Below are positions 1-10,500 of a stretch of DNA of 64,000 nucleotides, one piece after another. Each line of letters begins with the position of its first letter. Position 1 is the first letter of the stretch. This DNA comes from an uncultured Undibacterium sp. (lineage in GTDB: Bacteria > Pseudomonadota > Gammaproteobacteria > Burkholderiales > Burkholderiaceae_D), in the NCBI GenBank assembly GCA_963512475.1, contig CAUPNA010000004.1, positions 2,551 through 66,550 of the forward strand, read 5' to 3'. Position numbers and translations under genes: made by a program. The notes beneath the pieces are model-generated. The model had not been told where the DNA came from. It worked only from the letters and a program-made list of their open reading frames with translations, and did not search any database.

Positions 1-518
1 GCAATCGCCTTCAAATTCTTCAAGCCGCCTTCAAAATCCGGCCCGACCAACTTGTCCATAAATGGAGCAAATAATTTCATCATGAAATTACCTTCGCTAG
101 TGCCGGTCATGCTCCAGGTGACTTTCGTCGAAGTGTCATCCGCTTCTAAACTTAAGTTACCTGTGGAAGGTTTGCCCATATCTTCAAAGTACATTTCATA
201 ATGAACGACTTGATTGTTGGTGACTTTAGTAAATTTCATGCCACCATTGCCTTCACTTTTACTCTTCCAATCCCAGGCTGCTCCGGTACCTATTTCTGGT
301 CCTGAATACAGCATTTCCATGTTGGGGTCACGTTGATTCCAGACCGACCATTTTTTCCATTCTTTAGGTGCAGCGATTAATGGGTAAATTTTTTCTGGGG
401 ACGTATTAATTTTGATGCTGCGGATTACACCATATTGATTGGGCATCATATAAGCAGCGGCAATCAAAATTAAAATAAGAGCGGCCAAACCTATGAGCAA
501 TCGTTTGAGTATTTGCAT
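1..518 (-). CDS. SRPBCC (polyketide cyclase/dehydrase-like) family protein, 3' end truncated by window edge
   Basis: Own translation of minus strand from ATG 518 (GAGG RBS): MQILKRLLIGLAALILILIAAAYMMPNQYGVIRSIKINTSPEKIYPLIAAPKEWKKWSVW...VTWSMTG; open to window start. Confidence 0.8.
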   Translation of the reverse strand, partial: MQILKRLLIGLAALILILIAAAYMMPNQYGVIRSIKINTSPEKIYPLIAAPKEWKKWSVWNQRDPNMEMLYSGPEIGTGAAWDWKSKSEGNGGMKFTKVTNNQVVHYEMYFEDMGKPSTGNLSLEADDTSTKVTWSMTGTSEGNFMMKLFAPFMDKLVGPDFEGGLKNLKAI

Positions 519-570
519 GATGTTTTTCCTCTTTAGAATTGAACGAAGTATTGTGCTGTAGTTTCTAAAA

Positions 571-2040
571 TTAACGCAAGCCTTGTATGGCTTTTTTCCA
601 ATCTTGGATTAACTTATTCGCAGCGTCGCGTGAAATACTTGGTAGAAAAGCTCGCTGTTGTTTCCATAAAGCACTGCATTCCTCTAGATTGGCATACGCG
701 CCTATTTTTAATCCCGCCAGGTAAGCGCTACCTAAAGCCGTGGTTTCTAAAATTTCGGGACGAATGACGGGGATGCCTAATAGATCTGCTTGAAATTGTA
801 ATAAAGTATTATTCGATGCAGCGCCGCCATCCACTCGTAATTCAGTGATGGTGGCTTGGCTATCGTTTTGCATAGCAAACAGCAGTTCGGCACTTTGGAA
901 TGCAATCGCTTCGATAGCCGCCCGGGCGATATGTGCAGCCCGTGTGCCACGATGTAGTCCTAAGATGGCACCTTTGACGTGCGGGTCCCAATAGGGCGCA
1001 CCTAGCCCGGCAAATGCTGGTACGAAGATCACGCCGTCGCTGTCTGGCATACTATTCGCCAGCGCCTCAATATCGCTAGCGTGGGTGAACAAATGTAATT
1101 GATCACGTAGCCATTGCACCACAGCACCACCAACGAAGACACTACCTTCCAGCGCGTATTGGGCTCGATGATCGAGCTGACAAGCTGCGGTACTAATTAA
1201 GCCATGTTGTGACTGACTGCATAGATCTGCTGTTTGTAGCAGCATGAAGCAACCTGTGCCATAGGTATTTTTAGCCATGCCAGACTCAAAACATGCTTGA
1301 CCAAACAGTGCGGATTGTTGATCACCGGCGATGCCTGCGATGGGTATTGCCGACCCAAACAGACGGCAATCGCCAAAATGATGACTGGATGGATGTACCT
1401 CAGGCAAGACCGCAGCGGGAATATTAAATAGGGTAAGCAAGTCCTCATCCCAGCGGTTCTGATGAATATTCCAGAGCATAGTGCGCGAGGCGTTGGTGAC
1501 GTCACTGACGTGCAATTGGTGTTCGCTGAGCTGCCATGCTAGCCAGGAGTCTATCGTCCCAAACGCTAATTCGCCCCGTTGAGCTTTGCTTCTTGCTTCA
1601 GGAATATGATCGAGTATCCAAGCAAGTTTTGTTGCGGAAAAATAGGGGTCGAGTACCAGTCCAGTTTTTTCTTGTATGGTTTTATTGTAGCCTTGTGCGC
1701 GCAAAACATCGCAATCAGTGCTGGTGCGACGGTCTTGCCAGACGATTGCTGGACAAATGGGGTGACCGGTTTTTTTGTCCCAAACCACCGTGGTTTCTCG
1801 CTGATTGGTGATGCCGATGGCGGCGATTTGATGGGTATCAATGCCGCTTTTTTGAAGGACTTGCTTAATGGTGGCAAGTTGGCTGTGCCAGATTTCCATC
1901 GCATCATGCTCGACCCAACCTGACTGTGGAAAATATTGAGGAAATTCCTGCTGGGCGCTGGCAATAATTTGACCGGCACGATTAAAAATAATCGAACGTG
2001 AACTGGAAGTGCCTTGATCGAGTGCCAGTAAATACGTCAT
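571..2040 (-). CDS. glpK: Glycerol kinase (FGGY family)
   Basis: LALDQGTSSSR, GITNQRETT, AIVWQDRRT, GDQQSALFGQ, KNTYGTGCF motifs. Confidence 0.95.
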   Translation of the reverse strand: MTYLLALDQGTSSSRSIIFNRAGQIIASAQQEFPQYFPQSGWVEHDAMEIWHSQLATIKQVLQKSGIDTHQIAAIGITNQRETTVVWDKKTGHPICPAIVWQDRRTSTDCDVLRAQGYNKTIQEKTGLVLDPYFSATKLAWILDHIPEARSKAQRGELAFGTIDSWLAWQLSEHQLHVSDVTNASRTMLWNIHQNRWDEDLLTLFNIPAAVLPEVHPSSHHFGDCRLFGSAIPIAGIAGDQQSALFGQACFESGMAKNTYGTGCFMLLQTADLCSQSQHGLISTAACQLDHRAQYALEGSVFVGGAVVQWLRDQLHLFTHASDIEALANSMPDSDGVIFVPAFAGLGAPYWDPHVKGAILGLHRGTRAAHIARAAIEAIAFQSAELLFAMQNDSQATITELRVDGGAASNNTLLQFQADLLGIPVIRPEILETTALGSAYLAGLKIGAYANLEECSALWKQQRAFLPSISRDAANKLIQDWKKAIQGLR

Positions 2041-2083
2041 GCTGCTCTCCAGATTCTGTTACTACATCATGTCTTTTTCTTGC

Positions 2084-2623
2084 TTACTGCGAGTTAATTT
2101 GACTCCAGACTTCACCACCATGCACTTCAATTTGAGTCAGATACAAACGACAATCAAGTTCGTATTGATGATACTCGGGTTCTATATAGGTGCAAAGTTG
2201 ATAGAAAGCCTTATTGTGTTCTTTCTCTTTCAGGTGCGCTAATTCATGCACGGTGATCATCTTGAGAAATTCTTCAGGCACATATTTAAACAAACTGGCT
2301 ATCCGGATTTCATTCTTGGTCTTTAGTTTGCTACCTTGCACGCGCGACACATAGGTGTGTGTGCCTAAAGCATTTTTGATCACGTGTAGCTTATTATCGT
2401 ACAACACCTTACTGATCTGATCACCGTTTCTTAGCGTTTCATTTTTCAAATCCTGCACATATTGATACAGCGCTTTATCGGTGCGGATGTCGTGGATCTG
2501 TGGATATTTCTTGCGTAAATGTTGCGCCAGTTTTTCGCTTTCAAGCAGCTGCCTGACCTGAGCTTGTAAAGGCTCAGGATAGGCAGTGAGATACTTAAGC
2601 GTATTTGTTTTGGTGTCTGTCAA
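2084..2623 (-). CDS. YgjP-like M48/SprT family metal-dependent hydrolase
   Basis: HELAH zincin motif followed by H..EH.KAFY; TTG start. Confidence 0.8.
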   Translation of the reverse strand: MTDTKTNTLKYLTAYPEPLQAQVRQLLESEKLAQHLRKKYPQIHDIRTDKALYQYVQDLKNETLRNGDQISKVLYDNKLHVIKNALGTHTYVSRVQGSKLKTKNEIRIASLFKYVPEEFLKMITVHELAHLKEKEHNKAFYQLCTYIEPEYHQYELDCRLYLTQIEVHGGEVWSQINSQ

Positions 2624-2629
2624 AGTGGT

Positions 2630-3511
2630 TTATTTTACTTTTAACAGTTGAACTTCAAAAATCAAATCCGAATTGGCGGGGATCAAACCATTGCCAACTT
2701 CACGCGTACCATAAGCAAGTGCTGCAGGGATAATCAATGTGCGTTTACCGCCGATTTTCATACCTTGTACGCCGAGATCCCAACCGCGAATCACTTCGCC
2801 ACCGTTGATAGTGAAACTAAACGCGTCACGTTTGCGTGAGCTGTCAAATTCTTTGCCTTTTTCGCCTTTGGCCTTAGGGTCACGCAACCAGCCAGTGTAA
2901 TGAACGGTGACTTGTTTGCCGCTAACAGCTTCTGTGCCTTTGCCGAGTTTGTTGTCAATTTTTTTGACCTCTGGCATATTAATGACATCCAGTAACTCAA
3001 TATCAAATACCAAATCTGCATCAGGTGGAATCACGCCTTTGCCGGCACCGCGTGAACCATAGCCTAATTGTGAAGGAATGATCAAAGTACGCTTACCACC
3101 GACTTTCATACCTTGTACGCCTTGTTCCCAACCCTTGATCACGCGGCCTTCGCCGAGATTAAAACTAAATGGGCCGCGACCAATCGAGCTGTCGAAAGGT
3201 TTGCCATGTTGTTGTTCTGCCTGAGGATCACGTAACCAGCCGCTGTAATGTACGACCGCGGTTTTACCAACGACGGCTTCGACACCGCTACCAACGACGG
3301 TGTCGATTTTTTCTAATACCGGCGCGACCGTTGCTATTGGCGCGATTGGTGCAACAGCGTCTTGATTTGTTGCTGCAGCGCTGGTCGCTGTGCTTGTTGT
3401 TGTATTAGTGCTTGTCGCTTTTTCTTGCGTAGTTTTTTGTTCTTGGGCATACGCCGTGCTTAGGCATAAATTGCCAGCAATTGTCAGGGTTATGATCAGA
3501 CTCGATTTCAT
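2630..3511 (-). CDS. Secreted FKBP-type peptidyl-prolyl isomerase with two tandem FKBP domains
   Basis: Signal peptide, Thr/Ala-rich linker, two repeats of VHYxGWL...FDSS...VIxGWxxGVQGMKxGGKRTLIIP. Confidence 0.9.
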   Translation of the reverse strand: MKSSLIITLTIAGNLCLSTAYAQEQKTTQEKATSTNTTTSTATSAAATNQDAVAPIAPIATVAPVLEKIDTVVGSGVEAVVGKTAVVHYSGWLRDPQAEQQHGKPFDSSIGRGPFSFNLGEGRVIKGWEQGVQGMKVGGKRTLIIPSQLGYGSRGAGKGVIPPDADLVFDIELLDVINMPEVKKIDNKLGKGTEAVSGKQVTVHYTGWLRDPKAKGEKGKEFDSSRKRDAFSFTINGGEVIRGWDLGVQGMKIGGKRTLIIPAALAYGTREVGNGLIPANSDLIFEVQLLKVK

Positions 3512-3572
3512 AAATGAGGTTTCCTTGATTGAGGTTGTTGTCGGTTTGCGTTTTTCTATTTGAGCTTGAATA

Positions 3573-3827
3573 TTATCGCTTTAACTTCGCTTCGAAAGCG
3601 ATGTCCAGTTTGCTGGCTTTGCGTGGTGCTTCTTTTTGTACGCTATTGACGAAGCGCACAAAGTCATCGATGTCTAATGCGGTACAGAGTTGCTCTGGCG
3701 ATTCAGGATCATGGCCTAGCACCAGATAAAAATGCCCACTGCCTGTGCTCACCATCGAATAGGGCGCATTATTGCTGCGTTGTTTTAAACGTAGCACGGC
3801 ATTACTTGCTTTGGTTGAACGTGCCAT
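3573..3827 (-). CDS. Hypothetical protein (84 aa)
   Basis: ORF with AAGGA RBS filling an intergenic gap; no recognised motif. Confidence 0.6.
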   Translation of the reverse strand: MARSTKASNAVLRLKQRSNNAPYSMVSTGSGHFYLVLGHDPESPEQLCTALDIDDFVRFVNSVQKEAPRKASKLDIAFEAKLKR

Positions 3828-3961
3828 AGTTTCCTTACTATTTTGATGGAGCGCGAGCTATTGTATTTGGTGTCGATATTTAGTTTCGTAAATCGTCTCG
3901 AAACTTAATCTGCAACATGATAATCTAGACGCTGGATTTGGAGAATACCAGAAGGATAAGC

Positions 3962-5455
3962 ATGACAGTGATCGCGCATTATATGAATGGCAGTTTGGTG
4001 GTGTCGAATAGTGGACGCCAACAGCCCGTGTTTAACCCCGCTAGCGGCGTGCAAAGCGCTACTGTGGCTCTTGGCAGTGTTGATGAGGTGAATCAAGCGG
4101 TAGCGTTCGCGCTAGCCGCTTGGCCAGCCTGGAGTGAGACGGCTCCTTTGCGACGAGCGCGAGTGATGTTTAAGTTTAAAGCATTGCTGGAGCAACATCA
4201 GGAACAATTGGCTGCCGGTATCACGCGTGAGCATGGCAAGATTTTTTCGGACGCCATGGGAGAAGTGACGCGCGGTATTGAGGTGGTGGAGTTTGCCTGC
4301 GGTTTGCCGCAATTACTCAAGACTCAGTTTTCAGACAATGTTGGTGGTGGTATCGATCAATGGAATATCCGTCAGCCTTTGGGGGTTTGTGTCGGTATTA
4401 CGCCATTTAACTTTCCCTTCATGGTGCCGATGTGGATGGCACCCTTAGCGATCGCGACTGGGAATACCTTTATTTTGAAACCATCGGAACGTGATCCTTC
4501 TGCTTCTTTATTGATTGCAGATTTGTTTAAACAAGCTGGTTTGCCGGATGGTGTTTTTAATGTGGTGCAAGGCGATAAAGTCGCGGTGGATGCCTTGTTG
4601 GCGCATCCTGATGTGGCAGCGGTTTCCTTCGTGGGTTCAACCCCAATAGCAGAAACGATTCATGCAGAAGCGGCACGCCGTGGTAAGCGCGTGCAGGCAT
4701 TGGGTGGTGCTAAGAATCATCTGGTCGTGATGCCTGATGCGGATTTGGAGCAGACGGTAGATGCGTTGATGGGAGCCGCTTATGGTTCTGCGGGTGAGCG
4801 TTGCATGGCGATTTCTGTAGCGGTGGCGGTAGGCGAAATCGCAGATCAATTGGTGGAAAAATTGGTGCCACGTGTGCGTGCATTGAAGATTCGCGATGGT
4901 ATGGATGCGGAAGCCGAAATGGGGCCGGTAGTCTCAGCTGCGCATAAGGCGAAGATAGAAAGTATGATCGCTGCCGGTGTCAGCGAGGGTGCTCAATTAT
5001 TGGTCGACGGACGAGGCTTGCAAGTGGAGGGACATGAACACGGATTTTTCTTAGGCGGTTCTTTGTTTGATCATGTGCAGGAAGGTATGCAGATTCATCG
5101 CGAGGAAATTTTTGGTCCCGTATTGTGCGTCGTGCGTGTGCCGGATTTTGCATCGGCTTTGGCGCTGATTAATCGTCATGAATTTGGTAACGGCGTTTCA
5201 TTGTTCACTGCCGATGGAAATACCGCTCGTGAATTTTCACGGCGTGTGCAGGTGGGCATGGTCGGTATTAATGTACCGATTCCAGTACCAATGGCGTGGC
5301 ATTCATTCGGTGGCTGGAAACGTTCTTTGTTTGGTGATATGCACGCCTATGGCGAAGAGGGAATTCGCTTCTATACGCGCTATAAATCGATTATGCAACG
5401 TTGGCCAGACAGCATAGCCAAGGGTGCAGAATTTACCATGCCGGTTGCGAAGTGA
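3962..5455 (+). CDS. mmsA: CoA-acylating methylmalonate-semialdehyde dehydrogenase
   Basis: ALDH motifs [41 protein letters not shown]; start moved to ATG 3962 after AGGA RBS. Confidence 0.9.
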   Translation: MTVIAHYMNGSLVVSNSGRQQPVFNPASGVQSATVALGSVDEVNQAVAFALAAWPAWSETAPLRRARVMFKFKALLEQHQEQLAAGITREHGKIFSDAMGEVTRGIEVVEFACGLPQLLKTQFSDNVGGGIDQWNIRQPLGVCVGITPFNFPFMVPMWMAPLAIATGNTFILKPSERDPSASLLIADLFKQAGLPDGVFNVVQGDKVAVDALLAHPDVAAVSFVGSTPIAETIHAEAARRGKRVQALGGAKNHLVVMPDADLEQTVDALMGAAYGSAGERCMAISVAVAVGEIADQLVEKLVPRVRALKIRDGMDAEAEMGPVVSAAHKAKIESMIAAGVSEGAQLLVDGRGLQVEGHEHGFFLGGSLFDHVQEGMQIHREEIFGPVLCVVRVPDFASALALINRHEFGNGVSLFTADGNTAREFSRRVQVGMVGINVPIPVPMAWHSFGGWKRSLFGDMHAYGEEGIRFYTRYKSIMQRWPDSIAKGAEFTMPVAK

Positions 5456-5465
5456 ATGGGTGAAC

Positions 5466-5497
5466 GGTAGGGGCATTGTACACACGGCGCACCCTAC
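5466..5497. repeat. Degenerate GTAG-type REP palindrome
   Basis: ggtagggc...cacggcgcaccctacc between convergent mmsA and chitinase; matches copy at 46139. Confidence 0.6.
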
Positions 5498-5517
5498 CGA
5501 TTGTCTGCTATTGGTGA

Positions 5518-6249
5518 TCAGCAGGCCTTGTATTTACCAGGCTCTACACCGAACATCGTCGTAATTTTCAAATAGTTTTGTATGCGCATTTGCTGTTGTT
5601 TATAGCCTATGTTGTCGCTAGGCTTGGAACATTCCAAATCGCCATTAATACTGCGCACGGTTTCTCCAAAACCCAGATTTTGTTTGATCGCGACATGGCT
5701 AGGCAAAGGCCCAGAACCTTTGATTTCCATCCAGTACCACAAGGCGGTCTTCCATGCCACCGTGGGATTGCGTGCCACCATATCGGGGTCATTGAGCAAA
5801 TCTAAACCGAGTGCTTTGCCCGCTAAAGCATAATTAAAATTCCAGCTCAGTTGAATAGGACCTCGTCCAAAATACTGTTTGCCTTTAGCGCAAGGAATAC
5901 CATTCTTATCATTGCAATAGTGATCGTGCGCGCTGGTATCCACTTCGGTTATTGCTTGTAACTCGTGTGACTCGTGCATGATGTTGGCGAGGAAAGCGGC
6001 AACTTCACGTTTGTTTTCTGCATCGCTTCCAAAGTTTCCAAATTCTGGATAGGCCTTGATTGCTTCGCTTAAACCAGCGTAGGTATAGAAGGGAATTCGT
6101 TTCGGAAATAGTGACTCAAATTGAGCCTCGGTGATCATAAAGCCGGTTTGTTTTTTTGCCTGGTTCGTTGTCGCGTTACAAGCACTGATGCCAAGCGCAA
6201 GGAGCATCATTGTTGCTAGTGTTGCCGTGATGCGGGTTATTTTTTTCAT
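5518..6249 (-). CDS. GH19 chitinase, lipoprotein
   Basis: KREVAAFLAN.MHES, ITE, YFGRGPIQLSWNFNY, AWKTALWYW, RSINGDLEC; lipobox ISAC. Confidence 0.88.
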   Translation of the reverse strand: MKKITRITATLATMMLLALGISACNATTNQAKKQTGFMITEAQFESLFPKRIPFYTYAGLSEAIKAYPEFGNFGSDAENKREVAAFLANIMHESHELQAITEVDTSAHDHYCNDKNGIPCAKGKQYFGRGPIQLSWNFNYALAGKALGLDLLNDPDMVARNPTVAWKTALWYWMEIKGSGPLPSHVAIKQNLGFGETVRSINGDLECSKPSDNIGYKQQQMRIQNYLKITTMFGVEPGKYKAC

Positions 6250-6351
6250 GTGCTTCCTTCTATTTTTTTGAGCTAAATTGTTAGGTCATTTAGCTTAAAC
6301 AAAGTAGGCATTGAAAGCAAAGAAGTGGTATTGAATTACGCAAAATAGTAT

Positions 6352-6383
6352 AAAAAAATGGCGAACCGAGGTTCGCCATTTTT
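6352..6383 (-). terminator. Rho-independent terminator downstream of the TBDR
   Basis: aaaaatggcgaac-cgag-gttcgccattttt perfect stem with T tract on both strands. Confidence 0.85.
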
Positions 6384-6429
6384 AGGTTTAAGTACTTAGC
6401 TTAACTACTAAGACTAAGGACTAATCAGA

Positions 6430-9324
6430 TTAGAACTTGATTGTCGCACCTACACTGAAATAACGACCAACTGCATCGTAGTATTGTGGGAAAGTGTTAC
6501 CGCTGTTAGTACCAGTGGAACCAATAGTGGAACCAACGATAGGTGGCATCTTATTCGCAGCATTGTTGATACTAATGTTCAAACGAATATTTTTGTTGAA
6601 GTTCCAGACCGCGCTCAGATCAATGTAGTCAAACGCATCAATTTTTGCATAAGCTGGTAAGAAGTTAGTGCCACCTGGTTCTTCGATTACACCGCTAACA
6701 TGACGCCAGTTGTAGCCAAATACGAATTCACCAAACGTCCATGCGGCACGTTGTGTAAATTTGTTTTTGTAAGTTGGGCCACCGCAAGCAACAGAGTAGT
6801 AACCTAAGCAGTCACGATCGATAGAAGCTGGTGTTGGCTGAAAGTGAAATGACGTTGTTTTGTTCATATCGAAGCCCAAATCTAAGCGACCATACTTTGA
6901 GTCCAGACCCAAGCTTGTCATTGGAACTTGGTATTTCACACTCAAGTCGTAACCAGCGGTGCTTTGGTTACCTAAGTTAGATGAGCCAGTGACGACACCT
7001 TTGGAATCTACCCCATTGAAACTACCATTTGCTGCGCTACGACCAATCAATGCGCAAGACGCATTTAAAGTATAACCAGGGTTGAACTTTGCTGAGTAGC
7101 ATCCGTCAAGAACGTCGGTCGTCGTCGGAGAAGAAATCGCCTTAGTAATGTCGATTTTGTAGTAATCGAGACTAATCGCCAATTTTGGCAATGGTTCAAT
7201 CACAAAACCGATAGTTTTGGTTTTTGCTTCTTCAGGGCCCAGGTTAGGATTGCCACCTGTTTGACGATTGATCTGACCTGCGGACGGTTTATCCAGAGAG
7301 CCAATAACGCTTGCTGGTACACCTGTTAAACGGCACAGATTGGACAATGTACCAGCTGTGTTTGCTTCGCCTGCGTTGATCAAGCTTAATTGGCATGGAT
7401 CTGTTGCCAAGTTGCTTAAGCCAGTTACAGCGGGTGCAAACAATTCGTTCACGTTAGGTGCACGAGTCGCTTTTTGCACCATACCGCGGAAGCGCAGCAT
7501 TTGCACAGGTGACCATTCGCCACCGTATTTGTAGCTGCCGTAATCTTGTGACTTTTTAGCAGTGGCAAAATTGGTTTGACGATAGCCGATTTCAGCATTT
7601 AAAGAACGAATGAACGGTAAGTCTTTGATCAAAGGAATCGCCGCCTCAACTGCGTATTCTTTTAACTTGAACGTACCTGTACGATCTGGCGTTGGCGCAC
7701 CAGTACCGAGCACTTCACCTTGTATCTGTGAAACCGCATCAGATCTTGTATAGGCGGTCACCTTACGTTGTTCAGAACTGACAGAAACGCTAATAGGATC
7801 TTTTGCCCATGGGCTCTTAATGCTGCCTAAGTCACCTGAAGTTGATACCGCAGCCACGTCTTGCTCAACACCTTGCAGCAAGATTGCGCTTTGGTTGATG
7901 TAAGCAACTTGTTCAGGCGTAATCGAGCCTGCAGCACCCCATACGTTTAAAGGTACACAACCGTTGGACGCATCAACGCATTTGCCAACCGCCACGGAAT
8001 TGAGTGCCTGTTTAACTTTGGATAAAGAACCCCAGTTTTTACGAATCTGGGTTTGATCTGCCGTACCACGGCTCCAGTACGCATCGTAGTTCCAAGAACC
8101 TGCGATTTCACCTTTAGTACCGAGAGTGTATTGCAGCGTCTTGTTATCGAAATCGTTGAAACGTGGGCCCATTTCAGTAATACGACGACCGATAGTTAAT
8201 GGCACGATCGTAGTATTGCCTACGACGCAATCAGCCGCAGCGATGCCGCGACGTTGGCACAATTGATCACGTGTAGCTGCTGGGATGAATGGATTACCAA
8301 TTGGCACATTGAAGGTATTGTTAAAGGTGCCGGACTCAGCCAAAGTGGATGCCACTTTACTGGCTGTGTAGAACAATTCGCCATAGACTTCAAAATTATC
8401 GTTAATTTTGTAATTAGCTAATGACGTTGCTTGAGAACGATCTAAACCCGTAACATAGTAGTTCAATGGGTTAAAGTTGTACAAGCTGACCGGTTGTACC
8501 AATCTGCCTGTAGCAGGATCGATTTGCCATGCGCCCGCTAAAGCGTCAGTACCACCAGTACCTTTTACGGTGGACATCGCTGCAGGAACCGTCGTGCCAG
8601 AACCATCTGGCGCGCCAGAAATAGAATTGAGTGCGCTCTTACCATAGGTGCGCTCACCTTGTGTCAACGGATCAGATTTTGTGCGACCCAGACTCAAAAC
8701 GACGTTACCACGGCCCTCATCCAAGCTTGCACCCATCGTTACGTCAGTGCGGTTGCGTTTAGCATCAGACTTGCTAGTCGAACCGTAGGATGTGTTTACT
8801 TCGAAACCTTGGAAGTTCTTTTTTAAATTAAAGTTGGCAACACCGGAAACGGCATCCGCACCGTACACCACGGAAGCACCACCAGTAAGCAAGTCAACAC
8901 GGCTCAATAAAGCGATAGGAATGGAGTTCGTATCAACGATACCGTCCAAATTGTAGGGAACAATACGACGGCCATTAACTAGAACCAAAGTACGAGTTGA
9001 TCCTAAACCACGTAAGTCAATGGTTGCAGCACCACCAGTACCATTGTTGGTACCTGGTCCGATAGCTGGAACCGCAGCTGGCAAGCCTTTAAAGAATTCT
9101 TCAACCGCAACAGGTTGAGAAGATTTGATTTCTTCCGCTGAGATGGAACCAATAGGGCTGCTGGATGTCGTACCAGGCGAAGTGATACGGGTACCGGTAA
9201 CAACCACGGTCTCCATTTTCTTTTCTTGTGCCACGGCAGGCAGAGCCATGACGCCCATACTTGCTACTACGCTACCTGTGAACATGAGTCGCAAGGAACG
9301 CGACAGGATTTTTTCTACAATCAT
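6430..9324 (-). CDS. TonB-dependent receptor (964 aa)
   Basis: Signal peptide, TonB box ETVVVTGTRI, plug motifs DLRGLG..RTLVLVNGRR and YGADAVSGV, C-terminal ...GATIKF. Confidence 0.93.
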   Translation of the reverse strand: MIVEKILSRSLRLMFTGSVVASMGVMALPAVAQEKKMETVVVTGTRITSPGTTSSSPIGSISAEEIKSSQPVAVEEFFKGLPAAVPAIGPGTNNGTGGAATIDLRGLGSTRTLVLVNGRRIVPYNLDGIVDTNSIPIALLSRVDLLTGGASVVYGADAVSGVANFNLKKNFQGFEVNTSYGSTSKSDAKRNRTDVTMGASLDEGRGNVVLSLGRTKSDPLTQGERTYGKSALNSISGAPDGSGTTVPAAMSTVKGTGGTDALAGAWQIDPATGRLVQPVSLYNFNPLNYYVTGLDRSQATSLANYKINDNFEVYGELFYTASKVASTLAESGTFNNTFNVPIGNPFIPAATRDQLCQRRGIAAADCVVGNTTIVPLTIGRRITEMGPRFNDFDNKTLQYTLGTKGEIAGSWNYDAYWSRGTADQTQIRKNWGSLSKVKQALNSVAVGKCVDASNGCVPLNVWGAAGSITPEQVAYINQSAILLQGVEQDVAAVSTSGDLGSIKSPWAKDPISVSVSSEQRKVTAYTRSDAVSQIQGEVLGTGAPTPDRTGTFKLKEYAVEAAIPLIKDLPFIRSLNAEIGYRQTNFATAKKSQDYGSYKYGGEWSPVQMLRFRGMVQKATRAPNVNELFAPAVTGLSNLATDPCQLSLINAGEANTAGTLSNLCRLTGVPASVIGSLDKPSAGQINRQTGGNPNLGPEEAKTKTIGFVIEPLPKLAISLDYYKIDITKAISSPTTTDVLDGCYSAKFNPGYTLNASCALIGRSAANGSFNGVDSKGVVTGSSNLGNQSTAGYDLSVKYQVPMTSLGLDSKYGRLDLGFDMNKTTSFHFQPTPASIDRDCLGYYSVACGGPTYKNKFTQRAAWTFGEFVFGYNWRHVSGVIEEPGGTNFLPAYAKIDAFDYIDLSAVWNFNKNIRLNISINNAANKMPPIVGSTIGSTGTNSGNTFPQYYDAVGRYFSVGATIKF

Positions 9325-9738
9325 TTAATACTCCTCGTGTGGGGGTAAACACTTTTTGGAATCAAGCTGGGATTAAGCCTGACACTTTTCTACTTCCCTC
9401 TTTGGTGGTAATTTTTAGCACGTCTTTAAATACGTGTCTTTAATTTGTCTGCCTACTTGCATGTTTTTATGCAGCCGTAATGAGACCATCTTCGGGTAAG
9501 GTATGTCAATCAATCATGCGCTCCTGTCTGCATCAAACAACAGTTGTTTTTTTTGTTTGATTTAAACCATTTTTCCTGCTTGCAATTGTCTGCGCCGTAT
9601 CTTTGAGAGAGGTTCTTTTTTAGGACATTTTTTATACGGTAAACTAAAGGTGGGAAGAGGCTGTTGCGGCATACGGAAACAAGGTGCGGATTTGAACCGT
9701 AATTTTAAGTGCATTTTTTATATTGAATTGAGGCTGGT

Positions 9739-10500
9739 GTGGGCGATTATTTCTTGTTAGGCATGGCCGCATTCTTTGCTGGTTTTGTGGATGCGGTTGT
9801 GGGCGGCGGTGGATTGATACAGTTGCCAGCCCTCTTCGCCGTGTTTCCTTCAACGGCTCCTGCTAGCTTGTTGGGTACTAGTAAGCTGGCTGGTGTTTGG
9901 GGTACTTCGGTGGCAGCCATGAATTACGTGCGTACGGTCAAGTTGAACTGGCGTGTTATTTTGCCGGCGGCCTCCATGGCTTTTGTTCTTTCGTTCGCTG
10001 GCGCGGTTACGGTAACGCAGATTCCGCCTACCTATTTACGTATGGCTTTGCCATTTATTTTGGCGATGATTGCGGTATATACGTTCTGGAAAAAGGATTT
10101 GGGTAGTCACTCCCGTCCCTTGTATAGTGGTGCTAAAGAGTTGTATATGGCGATGTTGGTCGGCGCTGTCATTGGGTTCTACGATGGATTCTTTGGGCCT
10201 GGTACCGGTAGCTTTTTTATCTTTATTTTCGTGCGTATTTTCGGTTATGACTTCCTTCATGCCTCAGCCTCGGCTAAAGTACTGAATGTAGCATGCAATG
10301 TCGCCGCTCTGATATGGTTTGGGTTTAGTGGTCATATTATGTGGATGCTAGGCATGGCGATGGCGGTTTGCGGGGTTGTAGGTTCAATCGCAGGGAGTCA
10401 TTTGGCGATCAAGCATGGGAGTGGTTTCGTGCGATCTTTGTTCTTAGTGGTCGTTTCGGCCTTGGTGCTGAAGACTAGCTACGATGCCTTCTTAAAATAG
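9739..10500 (+). CDS. TSUP (TauE/SafE) family membrane transporter
   Basis: AGFVDAVVGGGGLIQLP and GFYDGFFGPGTGSF repeats; multiple TM helices. Confidence 0.88.
   Translation: MGDYFLLGMAAFFAGFVDAVVGGGGLIQLPALFAVFPSTAPASLLGTSKLAGVWGTSVAAMNYVRTVKLNWRVILPAASMAFVLSFAGAVTVTQIPPTYLRMALPFILAMIAVYTFWKKDLGSHSRPLYSGAKELYMAMLVGAVIGFYDGFFGPGTGSFFIFIFVRIFGYDFLHASASAKVLNVACNVAALIWFGFSGHIMWMLGMAMAVCGVVGSIAGSHLAIKHGSGFVRSLFLVVVSALVLKTSYDAFLK

Noticed and set aside
5518-9324. TBDR + GH19 chitinase as one chitin-utilisation operon
   Set aside because: A strong terminator (6352-6383) separates them, and no GlcNAc genes or shared operator were seen
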